NCBI GenBank assembly: GCA_963641405.1
Contig: CAVICC010000002.1
Location: forward strand, 6,002-70,001
Reading direction: 5' to 3'
Source: a bacterium
Lineage (GTDB): Bacteria; Bacillota; Clostridia; Lachnospirales; Lachnospiraceae
DNA: 64,000 nucleotides
Below the pieces are notes generated by a model. It saw only the letters and a list, made by a program, of their open reading frames with translations. It searched no databases and was not told where the DNA came from. The translations under genes and the position numbers were made by a program. Shown one piece after another: positions 21,512 through 30,269 of the stretch (the first letter of the stretch is position 1; every line of letters starts with the position of its first letter).

Positions 21512-21583
21512 AGCTGATGACGGGAATTGAACCCGTGACCCCTTCCTTACCAAGGAAGTGCTCTACCTCTGAGCCACATCAGC
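21512..21583 (-). tRNA. tRNA-Thr(GGT)
   Basis: Reverse complement GCTGATGTGGCTCAGAGGTAGAGCACTTCCTTGGTAAGGAAGGGGTCACGGGTTCAATTCCCGTCATCAGCT folds as a cloverleaf; anticodon GGT; CCA not encoded; TTGACA upstream at 21623-21628. Confidence 0.96.
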
Positions 21584-21632
21584 ACTTATCAGCTTGTTTA
21601 TTCTACTATATAGAATTATGTTTGTCAACCAC

Positions 21633-21674
21633 AAAACAACCACCATGGGGATTCATCCATCAGGTGGTTGTTTT
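21633..21674. terminator. Intrinsic terminator-like hairpin
   Basis: AAAACAACCACC / GGTGGTTGTTTT 12-bp inverted repeat. Confidence 0.75.
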
Positions 21675-21887
21675 TATATATGTATGCTGTAAAGCATATG
21701 CGACATGTCCACTGTGCATATGAATAATTTTTAGTCGGAACTGAGTGTACCCCAACACATTTTGTTGAAATACAACAGCTCCTTTTGATGAGATTATAAT
21801 ATCATCTAAATGTGTACGATTTGTAGATATGTAATAAAGATTTTCTTAAATTCCAAAATTTTTTATTACATATTAATGAGATTTACT

Positions 21888-22478
21888 TCATATTTCTACA
21901 ATATATTTTTCATATGCATTGATCACAGTAGTCTCTCCCACCTGATCAAGACGCTTGAACTGGCGTCCGTAGCTCATATGCACATGACCATGAACAAAAT
22001 ATTTAGGTTTATAATCTCTTATAAGCTTATTGAATACATCAAACCCCGTATGACATCTGTCTTCACCGTCATTTAAACCTTTTGCCGGAGAATGTGTTAC
22101 AAGTATATCAAAGCCTTTTTTTAGTCTTATCTTCCAGCGAAGCTTTCTGACACGTCCCGCCATTTGACGCTCTGTATATTGATTTGTACCAGGCTTATAT
22201 CTGTTTGAACCGCCTAGTCCGACAAACCTGACGCCCTCATAGACATATACCTTGTCCTCGATATTTATGCATCCTTCCGGTGGTCTGTCCTTATATTTGT
22301 CATCATGGTTGCCATGCACATACAACAGAGGTACACCAACCATGGTCGTAAGAAACGACAGATAGCTAGGATTTAAATCTCCGCATGAGACAATAATATC
22401 TATGCCCTTAAAATCCTCTTTTTTAAAATACTCCCAGTAAGCCTTTGATTCCTCATCAGCCAAGAATAATATCTTCAT
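21888..22478 (-). CDS. Calcineurin-like metallophosphoesterase
   Basis: Motifs D(ADE), GDL, GNHD, THSP, HGHVH. Confidence 0.9.
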   Translation of the reverse strand: MKILFLADEESKAYWEYFKKEDFKGIDIIVSCGDLNPSYLSFLTTMVGVPLLYVHGNHDDKYKDRPPEGCINIEDKVYVYEGVRFVGLGGSNRYKPGTNQYTERQMAGRVRKLRWKIRLKKGFDILVTHSPAKGLNDGEDRCHTGFDVFNKLIRDYKPKYFVHGHVHMSYGRQFKRLDQVGETTVINAYEKYIVEI

Positions 22479-24385
22479 TATAGTTTATTTTCCTCTACAC
22501 CCTTCAATTCAACTACTGCCTTTGCATTGTCAATAAATTCACTCATCGGAGGAATATTTCCGATAATATTATCAACAAGCCAGTCCATATTCATTATGTC
22601 ACGCGGTTTCATAGCGTGATCCCCCTTATTGCGCAATATGCCACTCTGATCATATATTTTTCCATAAAATGGCACGATTTCGCCCTGCGTTATATCACTC
22701 TTTAAGTGGTCTGCAAGCCTTTTTACACCATATGGCACATGCTTAGAACAGATAAGATCGATAACTCCTGATGACATGCCCCACCAGTAATTTAGCGCTT
22801 TTGCTTCCTCTTCGCCCTCTGTCTTGTACGAGCCTGCAAGCACGCTCTGGATAAGCTTCTCATAAAATACGCCCCAGTTCCATACAGGCATAGCAAGATT
22901 CAGTGCCTGTTCATCCTGTATCTTATAAAGTCCAAAGTATCTTGATGCGTCATTTGGAGTGATGATATCCTGGTCAGAAACATAATGCAGTTCGTTATCT
23001 GCCAGGAATTTTGTCCTGTCATAATCTTTTGTCCTTGACCATGCCAGATATACCTTTGCACGCGGATTGACACATGCAACACCAAGCGCAAATGCATTGA
23101 TATTGGCGATCATGCCATATATAGGATAATCTGCTATATAGGCTATCCTGTCATTGTCAGTAACAGCTCCTGCTATCATTCCTGCAAGGAATTTTGCCTC
23201 GTACATTCGTCCATAATATGTCCTGATATACGGATGAGGAGCATTTAATGAGCAGTTTAAAACGAAAACCTCTGGATGAGCTACCGCTACTTTTAGGCTG
23301 TTAGGCATCATCTGTGGTCCGACACAAAATACGATATTTGCTCCATTTGCAATCACATCGTTTAACACTACCTCAACGTTATTTTCATTTACGTTTGTGA
23401 CATATTCGGTCTCAAGTTTATCTGAAAACGTATCTTCTAGATAATTCCTTCCAAGCTCATGTGCATACAGCCAGGCCGATGTCTTTGGCTCTCTTGGATA
23501 CAAAAATACAACCTTGAGTTTCTTCGGGGTCTGAGGAATCAGATAATTAAGCAGACTCTTTTTGGTCTGCACTTCTGCCGGATCGAGTACCAGATTTACT
23601 TTCTGTGACTCTGCCTCGGCCGCAAATTCTTTCCATATATCTGGTATATTTTTGTTGTAATCACTCTCAGACATCTCAAGCATGGCATCCATGCCAAACA
23701 CTTCCATGAATACTGTTATGGCATCCCCAAGCTTGATTGGAAGCCTGTTTCCGCCCCTGAAATTGTATACCTTTGAAAATTCAAACATTACCTTTGCAAA
23801 TTTTTCTTTGGTATCCTCATCCCAGCGACCTTTTTTGCCGACAAGTGTCAGCAGTTTGTCAGCATTGCCAAGCTTTGTAAACTCTACTGAGCAAAGTCCT
23901 GTTCTCTCATTAAACTTCATATACTCGTAGTAAAGCTTTATATCATAATCATCCGAAAGCTTTGGAATCTTTCTTGTGACCATAGCAGGTATTGATACTG
24001 CATTGAAGTACTTTAGTACGCTCACACGCTTATTGCCCTCGAGTACATAATACCTGTTCATGTACTCAAATGCCTTGATCGGATCCCTGATACCCTCATT
24101 CATCTGAGCATCTGACAGATTAGACCACTTGACAGCAAATTCAGTACCTACATCAAGTATCGGCATAAAGTTGGCTGCAAACGAATATGTTCTGCCCATT
24201 GTGCTGGTTCCTACTACAAATTCAAGCGGCACCTGAACCAGTCCCATATTCTGCTCTGTCTGTATATCAGACTGTGAAAGTATATCATCTAGTACCGGAA
24301 GATATGGGAACTGTCCCTTTGATACTCTTGATCGGTATTCCTTTTTACCCATTTTTAATGCTTCAGTATATTCTATTTCACCCAT
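22478..24385 (-). CDS. Fusion protein: N-terminal ParB/Srx-like domain + C-terminal BMP (PBP1, purine-nucleoside-binding type) domain, no signal peptide
   Basis: N-term PIKAFEYMNRYYVLEGNKRVSVLK resembles the ParB/Srx core. C-term SAWLYAHELGR...YYGRMYEAKFLAGMIAG...INAFALG...NPRAKV...WNWG is BMP-like. Confidence 0.8.
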   Translation of the reverse strand: MGEIEYTEALKMGKKEYRSRVSKGQFPYLPVLDDILSQSDIQTEQNMGLVQVPLEFVVGTSTMGRTYSFAANFMPILDVGTEFAVKWSNLSDAQMNEGIRDPIKAFEYMNRYYVLEGNKRVSVLKYFNAVSIPAMVTRKIPKLSDDYDIKLYYEYMKFNERTGLCSVEFTKLGNADKLLTLVGKKGRWDEDTKEKFAKVMFEFSKVYNFRGGNRLPIKLGDAITVFMEVFGMDAMLEMSESDYNKNIPDIWKEFAAEAESQKVNLVLDPAEVQTKKSLLNYLIPQTPKKLKVVFLYPREPKTSAWLYAHELGRNYLEDTFSDKLETEYVTNVNENNVEVVLNDVIANGANIVFCVGPQMMPNSLKVAVAHPEVFVLNCSLNAPHPYIRTYYGRMYEAKFLAGMIAGAVTDNDRIAYIADYPIYGMIANINAFALGVACVNPRAKVYLAWSRTKDYDRTKFLADNELHYVSDQDIITPNDASRYFGLYKIQDEQALNLAMPVWNWGVFYEKLIQSVLAGSYKTEGEEEAKALNYWWGMSSGVIDLICSKHVPYGVKRLADHLKSDITQGEIVPFYGKIYDQSGILRNKGDHAMKPRDIMNMDWLVDNIIGNIPPMSEFIDNAKAVVELKGVEENKL

Positions 24386-24512
24386 CTTCTTGTCTCCTTT
24401 TAAACCATTTTATCATATTTTCAAAAATTTTAAACATTTCCTTTGATATTTGTCAAAACTTTGCTATAATAAATGTTAGGAAATAGGTACCATTACATAT
24501 ATAGGAGGAAAA

Positions 24513-25091
24513 ATGAAAAATATATCACGGGAAAATGCTGATATTATCGGTGAAGTCGCAAATATCTGCATAGGCAATGCTGCAACAACACTCAGCATGA
24601 TACTTGGAAAACCTACTAATATCACCACTCCCTCTGTAGAGGTTTTAGCAAAAGAAGATGCTTTAGATAGTGAAGATCGTATTTTGGTTAAAGTCCCATA
24701 TACAAAAGGTCTTGACGGAACCAACCTTCTTATTATAAGATTACATGATGCATTAGTCATTGCAAATCTTATGATGGGCGGTGACGGGGTTAACATTTCA
24801 AATGACACTCTCGATGACATAACTCTTTCAGCCATCTCAGAGGCAATGAACCAGATGTGTGGCACAATAGCTACATCTATGTCATCTTTACTGAATGCGC
24901 CTACCGACATAGGTTTTCCACTGATCAATTCAAAAGATTTAAAGACATTTGATATTCCGGAAGAATTGTGCAACGGAACAGATATTGTCAAGGTAACATT
25001 TAAATTAACTGTCGGAGATCTTATAGACAGCGATCTTTTACAGTTATATCCAATCAGCATAGTTAAACAGATTATCAAACAGGAGGATTAA
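24513..25091 (+). CDS. CheC/FliY-family CheY-P phosphatase (no FliN domain)
   Basis: Two ExxN motifs (DIIGEVANI, SAISEAMNQ); FliY N-terminal-like text (GNAATTLS, ITTPSV, IDSDLLQLYP). Confidence 0.8.
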   Translation: MKNISRENADIIGEVANICIGNAATTLSMILGKPTNITTPSVEVLAKEDALDSEDRILVKVPYTKGLDGTNLLIIRLHDALVIANLMMGGDGVNISNDTLDDITLSAISEAMNQMCGTIATSMSSLLNAPTDIGFPLINSKDLKTFDIPEELCNGTDIVKVTFKLTVGDLIDSDLLQLYPISIVKQIIKQED

Positions 25092-25096
25092 GAAAT

Positions 25097-25456
25097 ATGG
25101 CTAGAATATTAATCGTTGATGATGCAGCATTCATGAGAATGATGTTAAAGGATATCCTTACAAAAGGAGGATTTGAGATTGCCGGAGAAGCTGCCGATGG
25201 AAACGAGGCCGTTGCAAAATACAATGAATTAAAACCTGATCTTGTAACTTTAGACATCACAATGCCAAATAAAGACGGAATTCAGGCACTTAAGGAGATC
25301 AAAGCAGCCGATCCAAACGCTACATGCGTAATGTGCTCTGCTATGGGACAGCAGTCTATGGTTATAGACGCAATCCAGTCAGGTGCAAAAGATTTCATCG
25401 TCAAGCCATTCCAGGCTGATCGTGTAATCGAATCCATCCGAAAAGTTCTTGGATAA
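25097..25456 (+). CDS. cheY: Chemotaxis response regulator CheY
   Basis: MARILIVDDAAFMRMMLKDIL...DITMP...CSAMGQQ...KDFIVKPF, Firmicute CheY signature. Confidence 0.93.
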   Translation: MARILIVDDAAFMRMMLKDILTKGGFEIAGEAADGNEAVAKYNELKPDLVTLDITMPNKDGIQALKEIKAADPNATCVMCSAMGQQSMVIDAIQSGAKDFIVKPFQADRVIESIRKVLG

Positions 25457-25471
25457 TTTTTGTATAAAAAT

Positions 25472-25507
25472 AAAAGAGACCTGTCACAGTGGCAGATCTC
25501 TTTTTTT
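25472..25507. terminator. Bidirectional terminator between cheY and mecA
   Basis: AAAAGAGACCTGTCAC / GTGGCAGATCTCTTTTTTT. Confidence 0.75.
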
Positions 25508-25521
25508 ATTCTGTTATAAAA

Positions 25522-26193
25522 CTATAGTTTTGCAAGACTCTCAATCGCATTGTTTTCCAATATGGTTTGTGAATGTTCCATGAGAAATGCTCTCTTATCA
25601 GTTCCCGCTATTATATCATCTGCATACTCATCTGCAATCACAGACATACGCTCAAGATCTTTCTCTTCACATCCCAACAGATCCATTCCAATATAATACT
25701 CCCCCTCATACTTGTATAACTGCGATGAGGGAACAGGAAGTGCTGATAGAATCTTTGAAAATCTTACTGCTGTCTCAAACTTTTCGAATATAAAAAGCAC
25801 AACTGATATATCACTTTCTGCATCATCAGACTTTCTTTGTCCAGCTGCATTCTTCGCCTTCTCAAGTATATCAGATGGCATGGAATTCATCAGTCCATTT
25901 ACTATGTCCTTAAGATGCTCCATCATCCCATCAGTGGCTGGGTGTTCTGAAAATGTCAGGGAAAGCGTATGGTCAGACAAAAAGTCAGCCCTTACCGTCT
26001 TTATTCCCATATTGAATTTGATACCAAACTCATCTTCTGCCATATCAAATATCTGATTCATGAATTCCTGGGTACGCTCTCCATTGCTCATGATCTCATC
26101 TATAGTATATCCCAGATCGTATATCTCTTCCTCTGAAATAACACATTTTACTGTATGTTCACCAACTCTTGAGAACTCCATACTAAGCTTCAC
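25522..26193 (-). CDS. mecA: Adaptor protein MecA (ClpC substrate adaptor)
   Basis: MEFSRVGEHTVKCVISEEEI N-domain; C-domain FxFEKFE...SQLYKYEGEYY...FLMEH...ILENNAIESL. Confidence 0.8.
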   Translation of the reverse strand: MKLSMEFSRVGEHTVKCVISEEEIYDLGYTIDEIMSNGERTQEFMNQIFDMAEDEFGIKFNMGIKTVRADFLSDHTLSLTFSEHPATDGMMEHLKDIVNGLMNSMPSDILEKAKNAAGQRKSDDAESDISVVLFIFEKFETAVRFSKILSALPVPSSQLYKYEGEYYIGMDLLGCEEKDLERMSVIADEYADDIIAGTDKRAFLMEHSQTILENNAIESLAKL

Positions 26194-26787
26194 CTACTTT
26201 CTTTTTAGCTTTTGTCTGATGCGCTGCAGCGCATTGTCTATAGATTTGTCAGGTTTGTCAAGTATCCTGGCAATTGTAGTATAATTATTGCCATCCAAAT
26301 ACAACTCCAACACCTTCTTTTCCATATTACTCAGTTTACTCCACAACTGTTCCTGAAATTCTTTAAACTTTTCCTGCTCGATAAGAAGCTGCTCTGGACT
26401 ACTTATATCGTACGACACAAGATCCTCCAGACTTTCCCCATTTTGTTCCTGTGAAAAAGAAATGTATGTGTTGAGTGGAATATGCTTCTTGCGATTTGAC
26501 GCCTCAAGTGCCGTACACAGCTGTCTAGTGATACATAGCTGGGCAAAGTTAAAAAATGATGAATCCTTGTCATCACGATAATCTCTTACTGCTTTAAAAA
26601 GACCTATCATACCTTCCTGTATCAGGTCGTCATTTTCGCCACCTATCAGATAGAGCGTATTAGTCTTTTTTCTGACAAGGGGCTTATATTTTTCCAATAT
26701 AAAGTCCATAATTTCATTTTTTTCATCTTCACCGCTGTGCAATCTCTCAATAAGCTGCTCATCAGAATACCTGCTGTAATCTTCCAC
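26194..26787 (-). CDS. sigH: RNA polymerase sigma factor SigH
   Basis: DDLIQEGMIGLFKAVRDY, NRKKHIPLNTYIS, KSIDNALQRIRQKL; canonical position after rlmB. Confidence 0.92.
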   Translation of the reverse strand: MEDYSRYSDEQLIERLHSGEDEKNEIMDFILEKYKPLVRKKTNTLYLIGGENDDLIQEGMIGLFKAVRDYRDDKDSSFFNFAQLCITRQLCTALEASNRKKHIPLNTYISFSQEQNGESLEDLVSYDISSPEQLLIEQEKFKEFQEQLWSKLSNMEKKVLELYLDGNNYTTIARILDKPDKSIDNALQRIRQKLKRK

Positions 26788-26815
26788 TATTCTTTCCTTC
26801 TCAGTTGTTCTTATC

Positions 26816-27589
26816 TTATTTTTTCATAATTCTTTGTCTGACGATCTCATATGCAAGCACTCCTGTTGCCACAGAAGCATTTAAAGAATCGATATCTCCC
26901 GACATAGGAATTGATGCGACCATATCGCAGTTTTCCTTTACTAGTTTACTCACTCCATCTCCCTCATTTCCGATGACAAGTCCGATCGGTCCTGTGAGAT
27001 TTAGATCATACATGGTAGTACCACCCATATCGGCACATACAAACCACATTCCTTTTTCTTTTAATTCTTTTATAGTATTTGATATATTTGTTACCTTTGC
27101 AACAGGTGTATAATTTATTGCTCCTGCCGAAGTCTTTGCAACTGTAGGAGTGAGTCCTACCGCACGTCTTTTTGGTATGATGATGCCGTGCGCTCCCGCC
27201 TGATTTGCAGTACGTATGATAGCACCCAAATTATGCGGATCCTCAATGCCATCTAATATGATAATGAAGGGCGGTTCACCTTTTTTATCGGCTTTTGCAA
27301 GAATATCATCAACCTCAGCATACTCATATGCTGCTGAAACTGCGATAACTCCCTGATGTTTTCCGGTATCTGAAATCTGATCAAGTCTATCTTTATTTAC
27401 ATAATTTATGATCGCGTCATGCTTTCTTGCCTCTCGTGTGATAGATTTTACCGGTCCATCCTGACAGCCGTCAAGCACATATATCTTGTCTATAGTCTTT
27501 CCCGAACGAAAAGCCTCTAACACGGCATTTCTGCCCTCTATATAGTTTTCGTGAAAATTCTTTTTTTCCTCTGTTCTTATATTTTCCAT
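26816..27589 (-). CDS. rlmB: 23S rRNA (Gm2251) methyltransferase
   Basis: EGRNAVLEA, HQGV, LDGIEDPHNLGAIIRTA, GNEGDG, SLNASVA SPOUT motifs. Confidence 0.95.
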   Translation of the reverse strand: MENIRTEEKKNFHENYIEGRNAVLEAFRSGKTIDKIYVLDGCQDGPVKSITREARKHDAIINYVNKDRLDQISDTGKHQGVIAVSAAYEYAEVDDILAKADKKGEPPFIIILDGIEDPHNLGAIIRTANQAGAHGIIIPKRRAVGLTPTVAKTSAGAINYTPVAKVTNISNTIKELKEKGMWFVCADMGGTTMYDLNLTGPIGLVIGNEGDGVSKLVKENCDMVASIPMSGDIDSLNASVATGVLAYEIVRQRIMKK

Positions 27590-27633
27590 ATTTTGTCCTC
27601 TTTTTGCATGATATACGTTTTCTCGAAATAGTG

Positions 27634-28062
27634 CTATATTTCTATTCCAAGCAGCTCCACACCAAGCTTTGTAAGCTCGACAACACGCTCGAAATCATCC
27701 TTCAGATAAAGATATCCCATAAGAGCTTCAAGCCCTGTAGCCTTGCGATAATCAGCCATAGTTGCATTTTTTGCCATGGTAGGCGACTTTGCATTGCGGC
27801 CTCTTTTGTAAATATCGGTCTCCTCTTCAGTAAGATGCGGTTCTAAGGCTTCTATCATGATTGCCTGTGTGTGTGCCTTTACGATATTGCTTGTATGTCT
27901 ATGGAGCTGACTTGCCTTTGTATTGCCCTTTCCAACAACTACAGAACGGATAACTATATCAAATACGCCATCCCCTATGTATGCCAGAGCAAGTGGCGAA
28001 TATGTCCTGATATCAACATCCTTGATTCCAAATTGCTCCTTGATATATGAATCTATCTTCAT
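27634..28062 (-). CDS. mrnC: Mini-ribonuclease III
   Basis: PLALAYIGDGVF, KRGRNAK, YRKATGLEALMGYLYL; start placed at ATG 28062, just after the cysS stop. Confidence 0.92.
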   Translation of the reverse strand: MKIDSYIKEQFGIKDVDIRTYSPLALAYIGDGVFDIVIRSVVVGKGNTKASQLHRHTSNIVKAHTQAIMIEALEPHLTEEETDIYKRGRNAKSPTMAKNATMADYRKATGLEALMGYLYLKDDFERVVELTKLGVELLGIEI

Positions 28063-28063
28063 C

Positions 28064-29491
28064 CTATACAAGCTCCCATTTAACACCTTCACGGGTATCT
28101 TTTATAGCTACACCTTTTGCTAAAAGCTCATCTCTTATGGCATCCGCTGTTGCAAAGTCCTTTGCTTTCTTTGCTTCGGCACGCTCTTTAATCTTTTCAT
28201 TAATAAATGCTTCAAGATCACTGTCCACTGATGAAGCACCCTCAAGTAATGCTTTTCCCGACTCTAAAAGTCCAAGATCGAGCACCTTATCGAAGTCCCC
28301 TACAAGTGCAAGCTTTGTCTTGTCTGAGATGTCAGCCTTTAACATATCATAAACGATAGTGATAGCCATTGATGTATTAAGGTCATTTGAAATAGCCTCT
28401 GTAAATTTCTGTTTAAAATCAGTAAAAGAAGCCTCATCAACATCTCCCTCGTCCCTAAGCTCAGCCACTCTCTTTGCAAGTTTATTATATGCTGCAACGG
28501 CATTGTCAAGCGCATCAAATGAGAACTCGAGCGGCTTGCGGTAATGTGACTGTAAGCAGAAAAATCTGTATGCAAGCGGATTGTAGCCCTTCTCCTTTAG
28601 TACTGAGACTGTAAGGATAGCTCCTTTTGACTTACTCATCTTTCCTGCTCTGTCATTTAAGTGATTGACATGGAACCAGTATTTGCACCAGTCATGTCCG
28701 AGATAGCTCTCTGACTGTGCGATCTCGTTTGTGTGATGCGGGAAGATATTGTCCACTCCTCCACAGTGTATATCCACGTATTCTCCGAGGTGTTTCATGC
28801 TGATGCATGAGCACTCAATATGCCAGCCCGGGTATCCTACACCCCATGGACTCTCCCATTTGAGTGCCTGATCCTCAAACTTGGACTGTGTAAACCACAG
28901 TACGAAATCATTTTTGTTCTTTTTATTTATATCCTCCTCGACATCATCACGTACTCCGACCTGAAGCTGCTCTTTTTCAACAGCTGAAGAAAAGACAAAG
29001 TAATCGTCAAGCTTTGATGTATCAAAGTATACATTGCCGCCTGCGAAATATGCATAGCCTTTTTCAATGAGTGTTTCTACCATATGTATAAACTCAGGAA
29101 TACAGTTTGTAGCAGGCTCTACCACATCCGGCATTCTGTTGTGTACAGCGGTAAAATCCTTAAAAAATGCATCCGTGTACTCTTTTGCAATCTCCATAAC
29201 GGTCTTGTGTTCACGCTTAGCACCTTTTAACATCTTGTCCTCTCCGGTATCTCCGTCGCTTGAGAGATGTCCTACGTCAGTGATATTCATGACACGTTTT
29301 ACGTCATAACCCACATATCTAAGTGCCTTCTCAAGCACATCCTCCATGATATATGAACGGATATTTCCAATATGTGCAAAATGATATACTGTAGGTCCGC
29401 ATGTATACATACCGATTTTGCCATCTACTCTTGGGATAACCGTCTCGACCTGTCTTGTAAGTGTATTATAAAATTTGAAATTGTTTTCCAT
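28064..29491 (-). CDS. cysS: Cysteine--tRNA ligase
   Basis: CGPTVY, HIGN, PGWHIEC, FPHHTNE, KMSKS. Confidence 0.96.
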   Translation of the reverse strand: MENNFKFYNTLTRQVETVIPRVDGKIGMYTCGPTVYHFAHIGNIRSYIMEDVLEKALRYVGYDVKRVMNITDVGHLSSDGDTGEDKMLKGAKREHKTVMEIAKEYTDAFFKDFTAVHNRMPDVVEPATNCIPEFIHMVETLIEKGYAYFAGGNVYFDTSKLDDYFVFSSAVEKEQLQVGVRDDVEEDINKKNKNDFVLWFTQSKFEDQALKWESPWGVGYPGWHIECSCISMKHLGEYVDIHCGGVDNIFPHHTNEIAQSESYLGHDWCKYWFHVNHLNDRAGKMSKSKGAILTVSVLKEKGYNPLAYRFFCLQSHYRKPLEFSFDALDNAVAAYNKLAKRVAELRDEGDVDEASFTDFKQKFTEAISNDLNTSMAITIVYDMLKADISDKTKLALVGDFDKVLDLGLLESGKALLEGASSVDSDLEAFINEKIKERAEAKKAKDFATADAIRDELLAKGVAIKDTREGVKWELV

Positions 29492-29539
29492 TTTTTCTGG
29501 TATCTCCTTGTATAAAATAGTTGTAACTACAAAATATCT

Positions 29540-30076
29540 CTACTGTTGCTTAGGACAGCCTCCGCAGCCACTGCAATTTCCGCCTACAGCCATGCTTGCC
29601 TCATAAAGTCCACTCAGTGCGCATATCGCCTGGGAAGCAATTCCCTCTTCCCTTCCGGTAAAGCCAAGCCACTCCTCTGTAGTAGCCTTTATATTTACCT
29701 GATCTGTTGATATGCCAAGTACATCAGCAACGTTTTTTTCCATCTGCTCTATATAAGGACGAAGCTTTGGCTTTTGAGCTATGACAGTAGCGTCGATATT
29801 CTCAACTATATAACCCTTTTCAGTAATCAGATCCCTGACATGCTCTAAAAGCTTCATGCTTGAGATGCCCTTGTACGCAGGATCACTATCAGGAAAATGC
29901 TTTCCTATATCACCAAGTGCCGCTGCTCCAAGCAGCGCATCCATGATCGCATGTACAAGCACATCCGCATCCGAATGTCCTAGCAGTCCAAGCGTATGTG
30001 GTACAGTCACACCTCCAAGTATCAGAGGTCTGTCGGCTACTAATTTATGGACATCATATCCCATTCCTACTCTCAT
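29540..30076 (-). CDS. ispF: 2-C-methyl-D-erythritol 2,4-cyclodiphosphate synthase
   Basis: [31 protein letters not shown]. Confidence 0.96.
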   Translation of the reverse strand: MRVGMGYDVHKLVADRPLILGGVTVPHTLGLLGHSDADVLVHAIMDALLGAAALGDIGKHFPDSDPAYKGISSMKLLEHVRDLITEKGYIVENIDATVIAQKPKLRPYIEQMEKNVADVLGISTDQVNIKATTEEWLGFTGREEGIASQAICALSGLYEASMAVGGNCSGCGGCPKQQ

Positions 30077-30195
30077 GTAGTACCTCTTTCTATATTATAT
30101 TTTTGAATTTGCATCATACTTTATGATACGATGCTGTCTTTTAAGCCTTTAATCATATTATACAGTATAATTGCAACTCATCCAATATAATATCT

Positions 30196-30233
30196 AAAAA
30201 AAATCGCCCCACAATGTGATGTAGGGCGATTTT
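30196..30233 (-). terminator. Intrinsic terminator after pta
   Basis: AAAATCGCCC...GGGCGATTTT with an A8 run (U tract on minus strand). Confidence 0.75.
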
Positions 30234-30269
30234 GTTATATGCATTCGTATATCCTTTAGAACCTTTTTA

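Noticed and set aside
21517..21723. 68-aa ORF MTGIEPVTPSLPRKCST...
   Set aside because: Antisense translation of tRNA-Thr.
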